From Octopus vulgaris (Eukaryota), in the NCBI GenBank assembly GCA_951406725.2, contig OX597820.1, positions 88,536,001 through 88,600,000 on the forward strand: a stretch of 64,000 nt of DNA. Reading direction: 5' to 3'. This document shows, one piece after another, positions 38,755 through 58,904 of this stretch (its first letter is position 1; every line of letters starts with the position of its first letter). Both the position numbers and the translations under genes were made by a program. Below the pieces are notes generated by a model, which made no database searches, had not been told where the DNA came from, and saw only the letters and a program-made list of their open reading frames with translations.

Positions 38755-38960
38755 TCATATGGACTCATGGGTCTGTTTCCCAGATTTCCATAGTGTGTAT
38801 ATTCCCCAACCTGGTCCGTCGTAGGATCACTCATTTTTGCCAACTGAGTGGACTGGAGCAATGTGAAATGAAATACACAACGAGTCGCTCAATCCAGAAA
38901 TCGAAACCACAAGCTTGCGATGATGATGCCAACAATTTATCCACTAAGCCACGCGCCTCC
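38755..38960 (-). mobile_element. Decayed tRNA-derived SINE related to 43640-43858
   Basis: gaggcgcgtggcttagtgg head; ttgctccagtccactcagttgg; ctatggaaatctgggaaac tail. Confidence 0.6.
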
Positions 38961-39038
38961 TGTGTAGTTTATGTATTTTTAATAGATGTGGTGTCTGATG
39001 TATTTATTATATTTCGATATGTGTTTATTATGTTCTAT

Positions 39039-39423
39039 GTGGAGGCACAATGGCCCAGTGGTTAGGGCAGCGGACTCGCGGTCATAGGATCGCGGTTTTG
39101 ATTCCCAGACCGGGCGTTGTGAGTGTTTATTGAGAGAAAACATCTAAAGCTCCACGAGGCTCCGGCAGGGGATGGTGGTGATCCCTGCTGTACTCTTTCA
39201 CCACAACTTTCTCTCACTCTTACTTCCTGTTTCTGTTGTACCTGTATTTTAAGGGGCCGGCCTTGTCACTCTCTGTGTCACGCTGAATATCCCCGAGAAC
39301 TACGTTAAGGGTACACGTGTCTGTGGAGTGCTCAGCCACTTACACGTTAATTTCACGAGCAGGCTGCTCCGTTGATTCGGATCAACCGGAACCCTCATCG
39401 TCGTAACCGACGGAGTGCTTCCA
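39039..39423 (+). mobile_element. tRNA-derived SINE family C, full length
   Basis: Near-identical to 8466-8851; 13-bp TSD tattatgttctat. Confidence 0.9.
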
Positions 39424-41489
39424 TATTATGTTCTATGGCTTGGTATATCAGTTTATTAGAATCGCCGTTGTTACTTAGAGCGTGTAATATTCCGCGCATT
39501 TCTTCTTATAGAGCTTTGTTTCCGAAAGAGATTCTGAATGCCCTTCTATCTAAACACTACATAAGATATGTACAAGCATTTATTTATATCTTTAGCTGTA
39601 CGTGGATGTGATAGATCGAGCAAAAATAGGCCAATAGCGACTTCAGTGTTTTATTAAGGGTGAAAGTAACAAGGATTTTGTTCATTGAACTGTTGAAAGT
39701 TTGCATTCCATTGGCTGAGATGATTTCAATTGCAGCTTCCAAAATTACTTCCGTATGTTTATAGACATGTGTCAGAAGCTCCTGTCCATTATATAGGTAT
39801 GAGCCTCACATGCAGAGAGGACAAGTGCAAATATGAAAGAACTAGTGCTTATATTGCTGTAGTAGCTCTGCAATAGTCTATAAAAACTATGTATACTTTG
39901 CAGATTACTGTTGTGGAAACAACCTATTTCTTCGTTGATTTTAATTTATTTTCATTATCAGCCGCTGCTCCATCAACCGTTGATAATCTCGTAAATTTTC
40001 TTCTCGACCGGTTGCAGCTGGTTGGTACACTAAATTGACTCTCCACCTAAAATAGACGTACTTCATATTTCGGTCTTTACACTGTGTGGACAGCCACACT
40101 TTCATTTGTTCTTGTGATTTTTGTGAGGAACTCAGCGGCCTTTTGCAGTTTTATTACAGTTAGGGGAGATATACCCGCGAGTTATATTAATCTAAATTGA
40201 AGGAGATTCTGAGCGGTCGAATGTTATAGCAACCAAATTCCCTGCAAGATCTACCTATAGTCTTAAAAACAGAAAGACGGAGGCATTGAATAATATAGTC
40301 CTAGATATACTATTCCCATAAAAAGTCAGATAAATGCACAGTTTTGCTGTTTTTGATCACAGCTCTACTTTCTCATCGAAAACCTTTAGCAAAACATCCA
40401 TAAAATAAAGGCAACTTATGATTCTGAAAGTGTAGTTTGATCTTTTACCTTTTACCTGGTTCACTCATGAGACTGCGGCCATGCTGGGGCACCGCCTTGA
40501 AGAATTTTTAGTCGAATGTATTGACCCCAGTACTGATTTTTAATTAAAGCCTGGTACTTATTCTATCGGTCTCTTTTGCTGAACCGCAAAGTTACAGGGA
40601 CAGATTCTTTTTCCTTTGCTAAAACTAATGTTTTGCAATTGTGATGGCTCAAACGTCACCTTTGTCAGCCTTTCATCTTGACAACTTGATTGTCTCAAGG
40701 ACATTTGTTCCCTTTCCGTTGCTATTACAGAGGCAAATCACGTAATTTGTATATAAATACAACTTGTTTTTACAGGTGTTAAGGGCATCTATAAAAACAA
40801 AGCAGGAGTCAGACAAGTATTAAGTTAGCCTACAAGATTGACTGGGAAAAGAGACTTTGACGAAACTTTTGCAGACTAAAAGTTCCCACATTTCTCCTTG
40901 GGTTTCAGCTAGACGAAGAATCTATTATGTCAGACTCAGTAAGAATTCTATTTTTTTTTTTATGACCAAGTTTATTACACGTTCCTCCTGACTGAGGTCC
41001 AGATAATTGTTCCACACCAGGCCATCTGGTAAAGTATAATCGACTTGATCTGCTAAAAGTAACAGCAAACTCTCACTCAAATTACAGTCTATCCATTTTT
41101 TAAAAATAACGAAGGATAATGTAATTAGATAATAAATACACTGTGCCTGAATAAAAGATGAGATGGTCATATCCGAAACATTTTTAACCAAAGGTCTTAT
41201 GGAACATAACTGAACTTAAATGAGATTAAGTACAACAATAAACCTTCTTACTACAGGCACAAAGTCTGAAATTTTCAAAGGAGGAGTTTAGTCGGTTACA
41301 TCGCCCCCAGTGATCGTGAGGTATTTATTTCATTGTCTAGGAAACAAAATTATAATAACAACAATACAGTTATTTTCTGATTACTGTCGGTTCACTGCAG
41401 AGGTCAGAGCGTTTCTCGTAAACAGAGATTCAACTGTGCAATTTCTCAGAGGTGTTCCTACACACATCAGCAATATTGATTTCGAATTT

Positions 41490-41715
41490 TGGCACAAGGC
41501 CAGCATTTTGGGGGGGAGATGTAAGTCGATTATGTCGACCACAGTGCTCAACTGGTACTTATTTTATCGATCCCGAAAGGATGAAAAGTGAAGTCGAACT
41601 CGGAGGAATTTGAACTCGCGTGCTAGCGATTCTGCCAGCTTGTACGTGAAGACGAACTTGAATTGCGCTAAGCATTTCGCCCAGCGTGTTCACGATTCTG
41701 CCAGCTCGCAGCCTT
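41490..41715 (-). mobile_element. SINE family B, old subtype with partly duplicated head
   Basis: cgattctgccagct occurs twice; Meta-like core. Confidence 0.7.
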
Positions 41716-42060
41716 CACTCACATCAGTAATATTACTCTGTTGTACCTACAAAGAATTGAACAGATTGGACTGAAAAAAGTCATGTGACTTGTCTACGGA
41801 TACAGTGTAGTGTTCATGACGTGATTTGAACTGCTGCCTGCTCAGTAGACCTGTCAGTGCGCTCTCAACGTGTATAAGTTGCTCGACCTGAAAGAAATAG
41901 CAACCAAATTTCTCTTAATTCATATGCAACTGAATTATAACTGGAAGGATAATATAGTCCTCGATACCCTCTATCATGGAAAAAGAAAAAAACCCGGCCT
42001 GATAGTAACTATACACGTGCTGTTGGTGATTTTATTTCCTCTTCTTGGACATTTCCCTTT

Positions 42061-42100
42061 TTCCTTTCAGACGAAGAGCTGTACTCGAAACATCAAAAGG
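42061..42100 (+). ncRNA. Degenerate minimal hammerhead relic
   Basis: ttt-CAGACGA-agagc tgta ctc-GAAAC-ATC-aaa resembles the CTGACGA...GAAACGTC minimal Penelope-type motif with two core substitutions. Confidence 0.4.
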
Positions 42101-42194
42101 TCTCTCTTTTTATTGAGCCTCAAACTAATACATTCCTTGTCCACGTCTTGTTGTTGTTTGTATTGTTAATTTTATTGTGCGTTTATTTGAGTTG

Positions 42195-42239
<45 letters not shown>

Positions 42240-42269
42240 AATATATAAATATATATATACAATATATAC

Positions 42270-42308
<39 letters not shown>

Positions 42309-42345
42309 ATATATAAATATATAAATATATATATACAATATATAC

Positions 42346-42441
<96 letters not shown>

Positions 42442-42464
42442 ATGTACACATATATATATATACA

Positions 42465-42511
<47 letters not shown>

Positions 42512-42928
42512 CCGAAATTGCAAAGATAATCTGGAAATCGACTAAGGAAAAAAATCCTAATGACTCGTCCTTGTTTTCTTTGTATCATCTGTCTGGATGT
42601 TTTGTTGTCCCTTTTTTGTATCACCTAACTGTCTGGATGTTTTGCGTTCTTGTCCCATTTTGTATTATATATATATATACATCACGGTGTCCCGGTATCG
42701 ATCATACATCGCCAGTTACAAAGCGACGCGCATTGTTTTAGATTTCGAATGATGCTACTCCCTTGGTCGGAGGGCTATTACGCCGTAGGGTTACCCAATT
42801 ACAGCTGAGTGGACTCAGTTCGAGAATCGAACGCATGATCTAACGATCGTGAGTGCAATATCCTAACCACAGTACATATATTTTAGTGTGGTGTTTATTG
42901 CTGTTTTTTGTACCATATACATATATGC

Positions 42929-43008
<80 letters not shown>

Positions 43009-43120
43009 ATATATACATATATATATATTCATAAAATATGGATAAAAATAACGTTAATTATAATTATTAGGTAGTCAGCATGGAAATAAGCAATTTATAT
43101 ATTAAATTAATAATTATATA

Positions 43121-43535
43121 TGGAGTGGCTGTGTGGTAAGTAGCTTGCTTACCAACCACATGGTTCCGGGTTCAGTCCCACTGCGTGGCATCTTGGGCAA
43201 GTGTCTTCTGCTATAGCCCCGGGCCGACCAAGGCCTTGTAAGTGGATTTGGTAGACGGAAACTGAAAGAAGCCTGTCGTATATAAGTATATATATGTGTG
43301 TGTGTGTGTTTGTGTCTGTGTGTGTTTGTGTGTCTGTGTTTGTCCCCCTAGCATTGCTTGACAACCGATGCTGATGTGTTTACGTCCCCGTCACTTAGCG
43401 GTTCGGCAAAAGAAACCGATAGAATAAGTACTAGGCTTACAAAGAATAAGTTCCGGGGTCGATTTGCTCGACTAAAGGCGGTGCTCCAGCATGGCCGCAG
43501 TCAAATGACTGAAACAAGTAAAAGAGTAAAGAGAG
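43121..43535 (+). mobile_element. SINE family A, full length, young
   Basis: tRNA-like A/B boxes, internal (TG)n, tail aaacaagtaaaagagtaaaagag. Confidence 0.9.
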
Positions 43536-43639
43536 ATATGATCACACACACTCACATAAATATTCAAATCGGGCAAAGTTCCTTGGGTGATGGTGATGAG
43601 GTAGTCTGGAAATGCAACTATTGAAAGAAGATATAGTTA

Positions 43640-43858
43640 CCTCCTCGAGTCGTTCGACTCACAAGGGCTGGTTTCCTGGTTTCCATGGCGTATATATTCT
43701 CCACCTGGTCGTGGCACCGCTCCGTCACAGGATAACTCATTTTATCCAGCTGAGTCAACTGGAGCAACATGAAAGGAAATGTTTTGCTTAAGAACGCGTC
43801 ACCCCGTCCAGGAATTGAAACCACAATCTTACCCTAACCACTAAGCCACGCGCCTCTA
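43640..43858 (-). mobile_element. tRNA-derived SINE sharing the 3' module of 44466-44730
   Basis: Minus strand gaggcgcgtggcttagtggttaggg...ttgctccagttgactcagctg...cgccatggaaaccaggaaaccagccc. Confidence 0.7.
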
Positions 43859-44389
43859 CAATGTAACTATTGCCAGACAAGGCCTCCAATTTGTACTGGA
43901 CGTAAAAAGGAAAGCAGAAGAAGCTATATACTAAATGGAAGAACTTGTGTACAGCACAAATTGGCAGGAAAGACGTGGGTTATCTGCTTAGAAAGCAGTG
44001 GCTCACTATGCAAGGTTGGAAGGGGCTGTAGGATTTCGTCGTAGAAGCTGTTAGAAAGAAAGATGTAAAGAGCTGGGGGTCACAAAGGCAGTGGTGCAAG
44101 AAGGTCAGTGTGCATGATTACGTTGGGTCGAAGTGAATTAGAAGCGCATCACATGGAACGATCTACTTTAAATGTCAGTAAGGTCAATCTGACAGAACGA
44201 TCTACTCTCACTCTAAGCAGGGGCAAATCTGTTTTGTAATTGGTTCTACATCTATTATGTTGTCATTTCGACTGAATTTTAAAAGATGAGGAAATAACAT
44301 ACGCAGAGGGTGCAATTTCTTTTAGTAGCCATGGTAGTCTCTGGATCAGGAATAGTCTTACTGCGGAGTGCTTCTCACAGCCTTTATCG

Positions 44390-44993
44390 CAGCAGTTTTC
44401 AACCATCTTTTTTACCTACGGACCCCTTTGTTTGTTATTATACTCTGGTGAACCCACCATACTCTGTGGAGGCACATGGCCTAGTGTTTAGAGCAGCAGA
44501 CTCGCGGTCGAGGGATCGCGGGTTTGAATCTCAGAGCAGGCGATATGTGTGTTTATGAGTGAAACACCTAAGCTCCACGCGACTCCGGCGCAAGGTAATG
44601 GCGAACTTCTGCTGACTGTTTCGCCACAACTTTCTTTCACTCTTTCCTCTTGCAGCTCACCTGTGACGGACCGGCGTCCCGTCCAGGTGTGGAACCTATA
44701 CGCCAAGGAAACCGGGAAACCGGCTCTTTGATGTTTAAAAACTAATGTTATAGATACTTCTTTCAAACTTCCTATTTTATTTTTCATACATTAACTTGTG
44801 TACGAGGTTGAAGTATGGTAAAACATTAAGGTAAGAAAGCTATCTGTTTCTTGCAATAAATACATCAAAATCAAAATATTTCATGGACCCTTAAAAATAC
44901 TACTGTGGATCCTCAATTTACTATTTTCCTGGTGTGGACCACCAAAAATATGGGCTCCTCAGGAGTCTTATGGACCCCGGTTGAGAACCACGG
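44390..44993. mobile_element. hAT MITE with nested tRNA-SINE
   Basis: cagcagttttcaacc ... ggttgagaaccacgg; internal tggaccc motifs as in the other copies. Confidence 0.65.
44466..44730 (+). mobile_element. tRNA-derived SINE with family C head and a different 3' module
   Basis: Head as in 8466; 3' part ctgtgacggaccggcgtcccgtccagg...ggaaaccgggaaaccggc. Confidence 0.8.
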
Positions 44994-45768
44994 ATGTAAA
45001 GGAACAATCAAGTACACAGGCAGCTAGCAGAAGTTACTTTTAATACGGTACAAGGGAATAAGAATTAGGGACCACAATAAAAGAAAGGTAATAGAATTGT
45101 CAAGGGACAAAAAAAAAACAGGAAAAAAACCCAGAACACACACATATACACTCTCTCTCTCTCTCATTTGTTGTTTGAGGGCTGTTAGGAATGTCAGGTG
45201 ACTGAGAGGTGTTAGTGGATGAGAAACAGAAGCAGATGATACTGTCAGAAGTGTTGAACACTATCTTGAGACCAGATCTAATTCTGGCGTAAAGGTTGGT
45301 CAGTCGTGCAATCATCATGGAGGTGATTGTAGCATAGGAGAGGGAAAGAATGAAGCGAGAATGAGGAAGGTGGGAAAGTAGGCCGAGTTGGTGTAAAGGT
45401 TCAAAGGCAACTGACGGCTAGCTGGCTGGCTGGCTGGCTGGCAGGCTGGCTGGACTGTGGTCGGTAGATGTTGAGTTTCGGGTATTTACAGAGCTTGCTG
45501 GTAGGAGGTGGATTAAGGCTTTTAAGTGTACATGAACTTGAGATGGTATAGTGAGTGAGACAGATTTAATTGCCAGCAAAGTTTTCTTCATGTTAGATTT
45601 CCCAATTCCCACAAATTGGGGAGCAACACGGTGGTAGATCCTAAGTTGGCCATTTCAATGTAGTATAACCCGACCAAACAGCTGTGTACATACAGTTATA
45701 TACTATACACCATATTCAGTTATGTACGTACACTAACATATATATGTATAAATGCATATATATATACT

Positions 45769-45955
45769 GATACTGATAGGGCACATAAAGTGTGTCTATA
45801 GCCAGCTGGAGGAGGTGTCTTCCTGGGGCTACAAACTACAGTAGCATCCACCCTTAGGGGTTAGCCATATTCAAATGGCAAATATACGTCACGATGTGTT
45901 GCCGCTACTGTTTATAACTTGCTCTGAGATTTATCATTGTTTGATTACACTTTTT
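45769..45955 (+). repeat. Diverged third copy of the 19.7-20.2 kb unit (no ribozyme part)
   Basis: agccagctggaggaggtgtcttcctggggctacaaactacagtagca...ggcaaatatacgtcacg matches the reverse complement of about 20040-20220. Confidence 0.65.
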
Positions 45956-45997
45956 CTATATATATATATATACATACATACATATACATACACACTC

Positions 45998-46031
<34 letters not shown>

Positions 46032-46779
46032 TTATACACACGCATGTTGGAGTATAGCTTAGATCGTTCTACGATGCTCCACTTAACGCTTTGTGGTAAA
46101 CTACTCTCCTTTAGGCTTTAGATATGACATCCTAGCTTTGTACTTTCCTTTTTAACTTTGTGTTTGAAAGAAGATTGTTGGTGCATCATATTTGGAATTA
46201 CTTTCACACATTCCAATATAGGCCATGGGCTAGTGGAGGTCATGATGCACCAGGCTTGTGATTTACTTTAATGAGTATTTTCATGTAGTCCTGGGGTCTA
46301 ACAAGTCAGAAAATTAATGTTGCCAGCAAAAAAACTGGGATGGAAGACACCACGCCCATTTTTACAGCTGGAGGCAGAAAATTAAGAGTATGGAAAATTC
46401 AAACAGCTCCAACTTTACAACTCTTCGTCAAAACATTTCAAATGACTACTTAAAATGATTGCCTGGTCAAGATCTACAAGTACATGTAAATGATAAGCAA
46501 ATTTATTCTGTAAAAAGCTCAGCAGAGGTCAAAAAGACACGGAGTTTCACCTTTATCTATAATACCTCGCATTCACAAGTTTTATTTATCACCAAAACCA
46601 TATAAGGTTTTCTGAAAATTAATCAAAACGAAGGTTTACATTTGCTTTTTAATACCAGAAGTAAAAAGAAAATTGAAAATAAGTGTTGTTTACCCCGTGA
46701 AATGTAAGATATTTCTGCACATTTGCATACTGTTTTGTACGTGTTGCTGAATGTGTTGAATAGAAGTAAGGGGAAGTCC

Positions 46780-47720
46780 AGCAAGTCGTACTTTGGGATC
46801 ATTCCTAGAATCATTGCAAATGACCACAGAAGATGATATTTGAGCTGATCTATAAAATGAAGCATCAAAATATTTTCGCCAAAAAGGTTGTTGAAGTCAA
46901 AAGTAAGCAAAAGTCGACCCTACCTACATCATAGCAGTTTGTTATACATGGTCGTTATGAAATGTGCCATATGATTTTAATATTGAAGCAAATGCCAGCT
47001 TGTATAATACCTTCTATCTCTCAAGTTTAAACCAGATCCATTTCAAGTGTTGCGGCAGCTGCCTTCCTTCCTGGAATTAAAACAATTAATTCCTGAGTTT
47101 ACTTTAAAGTTGAGTTAGAAATCTCAGCTGAGCAACCTTCGGATCATTAAAATTTAAATTAACACATTTCCAGTAATCATCCACCCTAATTCTTACATGG
47201 TTGCATCTTATTTTCAGGACAGTTTCTTTAACTTTGTAATGCATTGGACTTCGTCCCATCCACATACGCTACATAATTGTCAAAGATGACATCGTTTGTG
47301 AACCATCCATTACATTCATAAGGCATTTCAAGTGTTCGATTACTAATCATCACCATCGCTTTAAGTATCACTGTCAAGGAAATCACTTTCACTATAAAGG
47401 TCAGAATTTGATGCGCAAATTTCATCTTCAAGTTCTTCTTCCAGAATATGCACCAATTGACAGGGCATCACTTCACCCTCTGTCCTCTTCAGCTTCGTAA
47501 TTCCAGCTTCCATTGTCCATCCATGTCCTTCATCTGGTCTAGGCACTGAAGGTGCTATGATGTAGGTAGGGTCAACTTTTGTTTACTTTTGACTTCAACA
47601 ACCTCTTTGATAAAAACATTTGCATAATTTGATGTTTCGTTTTATAGATCAACTCAAATATCATCTTCTGCGGTCATTTGCAATGATTTGAGGAAAGGCT
47701 CTAAAGTGCCACTTGCTAGA
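46780..47720. repeat. ~160-bp inverted repeat pair (46780-46935 / 47554-47720) in a decayed transposon-like region
   Basis: gaagtcaaaagtaagcaaaagtcgaccctacctacatcatagca vs tgctatgatgtaggtagggtcaacttttgtttacttttgacttc. Confidence 0.8.
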
Positions 47721-47849
47721 CTTTACCTTTTTAGTGCTATGTCTAGGCTCGGTTCTTGCTTGATACCATCTCTTTAATGCTACAGTTGGAGAGGGCGCTA
47801 TTATAATAGGTGGATGCCTTATCGACTAATTCTTTAGAGGAAAAGCAAT

Positions 47850-48400
47850 TAGAGATCCTGTTATTAAAGGTAGCTATAAGGTTTTATAGACGATAGGGGT
47901 GGCAAGACGGTTTGTGCATATACCTAAGATTTTCACTTGTTTTATGATATGGCTTGCAAATGTTTAAATCTAGGTCGAAGGAATCATATAAGAAGTCAAA
48001 TGTAGTGAGGTTCATGGCCATTGTGATTCACAAACCTATACTGCAAAAGAGGAACATGAAGTTTTTCTCCAAAACGTATTTAGTGTATGATCATCACCGC
48101 CATGAATGCGCCAATCCATCATCTTGATATAAATCAATGACATGTGAACTTGATTTTTAGGATATTTAGCATAAAAAGCCCTACTAATTCACATATGTCA
48201 GCACTATCATAAGAACTCATAGATAGGTCGAACAATATATCTGCTTCGACTTTCTGGAATCCAAGCTGACATTCACTAATGAGACATTTTTGTGCATGAT
48301 GAAGCATGATCAATTGCCTTCTTGACGTTCGGTCTTGTGCATTTTTTATAATTTTTTTTCATATTTCCTTGCTGTATTATGCTCGGTAGACATGATAGAA
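47850..48400 (-). pseudogene. Penelope-like element reverse transcriptase relic
   Basis: Minus-strand peptides YPSI, LFDLSMSSYDSADICELVGL (compare FDVTMGSFDGAEVCELVG) and KPYHKTSENLRYMHKPSCHP (compare YRKP...Y....SNHP). Confidence 0.7.
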
Positions 48401-48609
48401 CCGTTCGGTTACCTCAGTATCCGAGCAACAAACTTGAGATAGCTCATGTATAACACCTGTGTTCATTAAATGATATTACTCTCTCGCAGGTTAGAGTGTT
48501 TTTCTAGTTAATCCTGTAAGCAAGCAAAAGGCACTCACTCACACATACACACTAGCATATATTAATGTTTGTACTTATGTCTTAATCCTATAAACAAACA
48601 AACAGCATA

Positions 48610-56310
<7,701 letters not shown>

Positions 56311-56408
56311 AGCTTAGCAGCAATAACCAGAACTATTTACATTATTGCATTTTTAGTGAGAAAAAAAAAAAAAAATCAAGGAAAAACTGGGGCCATCATT
56401 CCGTTGTT

Positions 56409-58688
56409 TCAATGGCGTCGTCTGGCTCTTCCTTCTGTCTGTATTGTCCGTGTACATAAATCCACACAATCCGAAAATGTCATTGCTGTTTGTTCTGCTG
56501 AGTAATCCATGTTAGCTAATCTGGCCAGGGCTAAGATATAACAACATGCGATCCGAAGTATAGCTAGTTTAGAAAGTTTTTGGTTACATGAATAGGACGG
56601 CACCGCTCTGCGAAGGTTTTCAAACGCCGCACTGATTGTGTGAACCCGGGACCTTTCTCGAGCGTTCGCTTCGATACGTCTCTCACGCGTCATGTTTTTG
56701 TAATTTTTCCGTGTTTTTTTACTACTACCGCCTGAACTTTTGCCGCTTCCGTGTAGATGGAGATTATTATGATGATGACTATGAGGATGATTAGGATCGT
56801 GATGATGATGGTGATGGTGGTAGTTGTTATTATTGTTGCTGTTGTTGTTGTTGTTGTTGTTGTTGCCGCTGCCGTCGTGATGTTGTTGATGATGGCCGTT
56901 GACGAAATCGTCAAAATGTAGAGGCGGTGGCGCTGGAAGCAGCAACGTGGAGGGAGATGAGGAAGTAGAAGCGCATTCTCTGTCAGCTGTTACATCGTCG
57001 TCGTCGTCGTCGTCATCATCATCATCATCGTCGTCGTCGTCTTCGTCGTCGTCGTCGTCGTCATCATCATCGTCCGAACCATCAACGACGGTGTCAACGA
57101 CGTAGGGAAAATGTTGAAAAGACTGGTCCGTACGGAGCGTGCTGCGAGGGATGGTATTGTTGTTAGCGGTGGCGGCGGCGATGGCGGCGGCGGCGGCGGT
57201 GGTGGTGGAGGAGGAGGAGGGGATGTGGATCACTGTGTTACCCGTCGTTCTGTTGGCGATGTTGGCGGAGGGTGTGGTGGTGGTGGTGATGGTGGTAGTG
57301 GTAGTGGTAGTGGCGGCGGCGGCGGTGGCAGACAGGCTATTATTGCTACTACTACTACTGCTGCAGCTTCCTTCGGCACTGATAAGGTTTAAGGGCTGAT
57401 GTCGATTGTGTTTTTGTTGTTGTTGCTGCTGCTGCTGCTGCTTGTGCTGCAGTTGTAGCTGCTGCTGCTGCTGCTGTTTTTGGTGTTGGTGTCGCCGGGT
57501 TCGGAGCGACGTGGACGACGATGATGATAACGATGATGATAGTGATGACGTTGATGATGATGACGATGATGATGATGATTTGTGAGCGGCGTAGATGTGG
57601 TTTTGTTGGCTGGACACTGTTGTGTTATCGCTAAGACGGCCACTGCTTTCGCTGTACGGTCGTAGATACCTCCTGTGTAATAAAGAGGTGGCGGCGGCAA
57701 GGGTCCTCACAGCTAATGCCGTGGTAGGGGGCTGGCCGTAGAGATCGGGGCTCAGAAACTCGGAGTGTAAATCAAGGTCTGGATCAGCATTAGCACGGAC
57801 ATCGAAAAACGTGTCCCCAGCGTGCTCGTCTAATTCACTGTCATCGACTTGATCCGAACCTGAATCGTTGTGTTCGAATAGAAACGAGGAGCGTACTTCC
57901 TCCGGGGTGTCTAACAGTCGTACATGTAATCCATTGTAGTCATCGCTACAACAACCCTCCGAAATACTTCCTTCGGGACTCTCCGGACAAAAACGTTTAA
58001 TATTAAAATCCGTTCTTTTCCGAGGTTCACTTAGTTTCCGCTTATTCTTCCTCGCCGGTGGTGTGTTGTTATTCGTGTTGTTGTGGTTGTTGGTGTTGTT
58101 GTTGTCGTTGGTAGTGTTGTTAATGATAGCAGTTGTGGTGACAGGTAACCCATCTTCCTTGTTATCAACGACTGGGGTAAGCTGGATTTTAGGACTACAA
58201 CTGGTTTTAATAGAACTGGTTTTACCGACCGAAATACTCCCTTCTCGCTGGTCGTCTGCTTGTAACCTGCTCTGTTCGGACTCGTCACTCTTGCTATCGT
58301 CCTTATTGCTGATTTTCGGCTGGTTACCACCACTCTCGACGGTCGCTTGCGGACCTTTGTAGATTTCACTGACAGCGTCCCCATTGAGATGAGGGCGAGT
58401 GATGTTATTGATGCTAATGGTGTGCTTCTTCTTGTTGCTGTTGTTAACGTCGTCGTGTGATGGACCGTTGTTGTCAATTTGTTGGCAGGTGGTTGTTGTT
58501 GTAAAAGTGATGACAGTGGTGTGTGATCGAGAGCTGTCATGGTCAGCCGCAACTCCACCGATTATGACTGACGATGGATCACTATCGGTGGGTGCAGTGT
58601 TCGTGAGCGCCGTTGTTTCCGGCGCCGTTACTGGACGGTTTTGGGTCAACTCTAGTAGTGGGTCGTACTCGCTGCCTTCTAGTAGTCT
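56409..58688 (-). CDS. atoh8: Atonal-related bHLH transcription factor, Atoh8/net orthologue (open frame; true start unresolved)
   Basis: 759-codon stop-free frame. The C-terminal bHLH RERRIEANARERSRVHTISAAFENLRRAVPSYSCNQKLSKLAILRIACCYILALARLA and the tail DYS...FSDCVDLCTRTIQTEGRARRRH closely resemble vertebrate ATOH8/Drosophila Net. The upstream motif RKNKRKLSEP resembles the N-terminal KKLKRKxxEP of ATOH8. Contains poly-Q/D/S/N/H/T/A tracts. The ORF-track start at 58649 is TTG; the first in-frame ATG is at 56693. Confidence 0.92.
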   Translation of the reverse strand, partial: RLLEGSEYDPLLELTQNRPVTAPETTALTNTAPTDSDPSSVIIGGVAADHDSSRSHTTVITFTTTTTCQQIDNNGPSHDDVNNSNKKKHTISINNITRPHLNGDAVSEIYKGPQATVESGGNQPKISNKDDSKSDESEQSRLQADDQREGSISVGKTSSIKTSCSPKIQLTPVVDNKEDGLPVTTTAIINNTTNDNNNTNNHNNTNNNTPPARKNKRKLSEPRKRTDFNIKRFCPESPEGSISEGCCSDDYNGLHVRLLDTPEEVRSSFLFEHNDSGSDQVDDSELDEHAGDTFFDVRANADPDLDLHSEFLSPDLYGQPPTTALAVRTLAAATSLLHRRYLRPYSESSGRLSDNTTVSSQQNHIYAAHKSSSSSSSSSTSSLSSSLSSSSSTSLRTRRHQHQKQQQQQQLQLQHKQQQQQQQQQKHNRHQPLNLISAEGSCSSSSSSNNSLSATAAAATTTTTTTITTTTTPSANIANRTTGNTVIHIPSSSSTTTAAAAAIAAATANNNTIPRSTLRTDQSFQHFPYVVDTVVDGSDDDDDDDDDDEDDDDDDDDDDDDDDDDVTADRECASTSSSPSTLLLPAPPPLHFDDFVNGHHQQHHDGSGNNNNNNNNSNNNNNYHHHHHHHDPNHPHSHHHNNLHLHGSGKSSGGSSKKTRKNYKNMTRERRIEANARERSRVHTISAAFENLRRAVPSYSCNQKLSKLAILRIACCYILALARLANMDYSAEQTAMTFSDCVDLCTRTIQTEGRARRRH

Positions 58689-58904
58689 TCACTGTCGCTT
58701 TATCATAGCTCCTCCTGATGCTGCTACTGCTGCTGCTACTGGTGTTGCTGCTGCTGCTGCTGCTGCTACTGTTGCTGCTGCTTCTGCTGTTGTTGCTGCT
58801 GCCACTACTACTACTACTGCTACTTCTGCTACTACTGCTGTTCTTACCACTACGACTGCCACTGCTTCTATCACTGCTGCCGCTGCTGATATTATCACAT
58901 CCAT
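58689..58904 (-). other. In-frame upstream ORF (71 aa) ending in the TGA that precedes the Atoh8 frame
   Basis: ATG at 58904 in strong Kozak context (acaATGG), second ATG at 58706 (MIKRQ), TGA at 58691-58689, then the same frame continues RLLEGSEYDPLLELTQNRPV. Confidence 0.5.

Noticed and set aside
43880-44150. Possible RLE-type LINE end (EVGCRGFV-like)
   Set aside because: Requires several frameshifts; too degenerate to call
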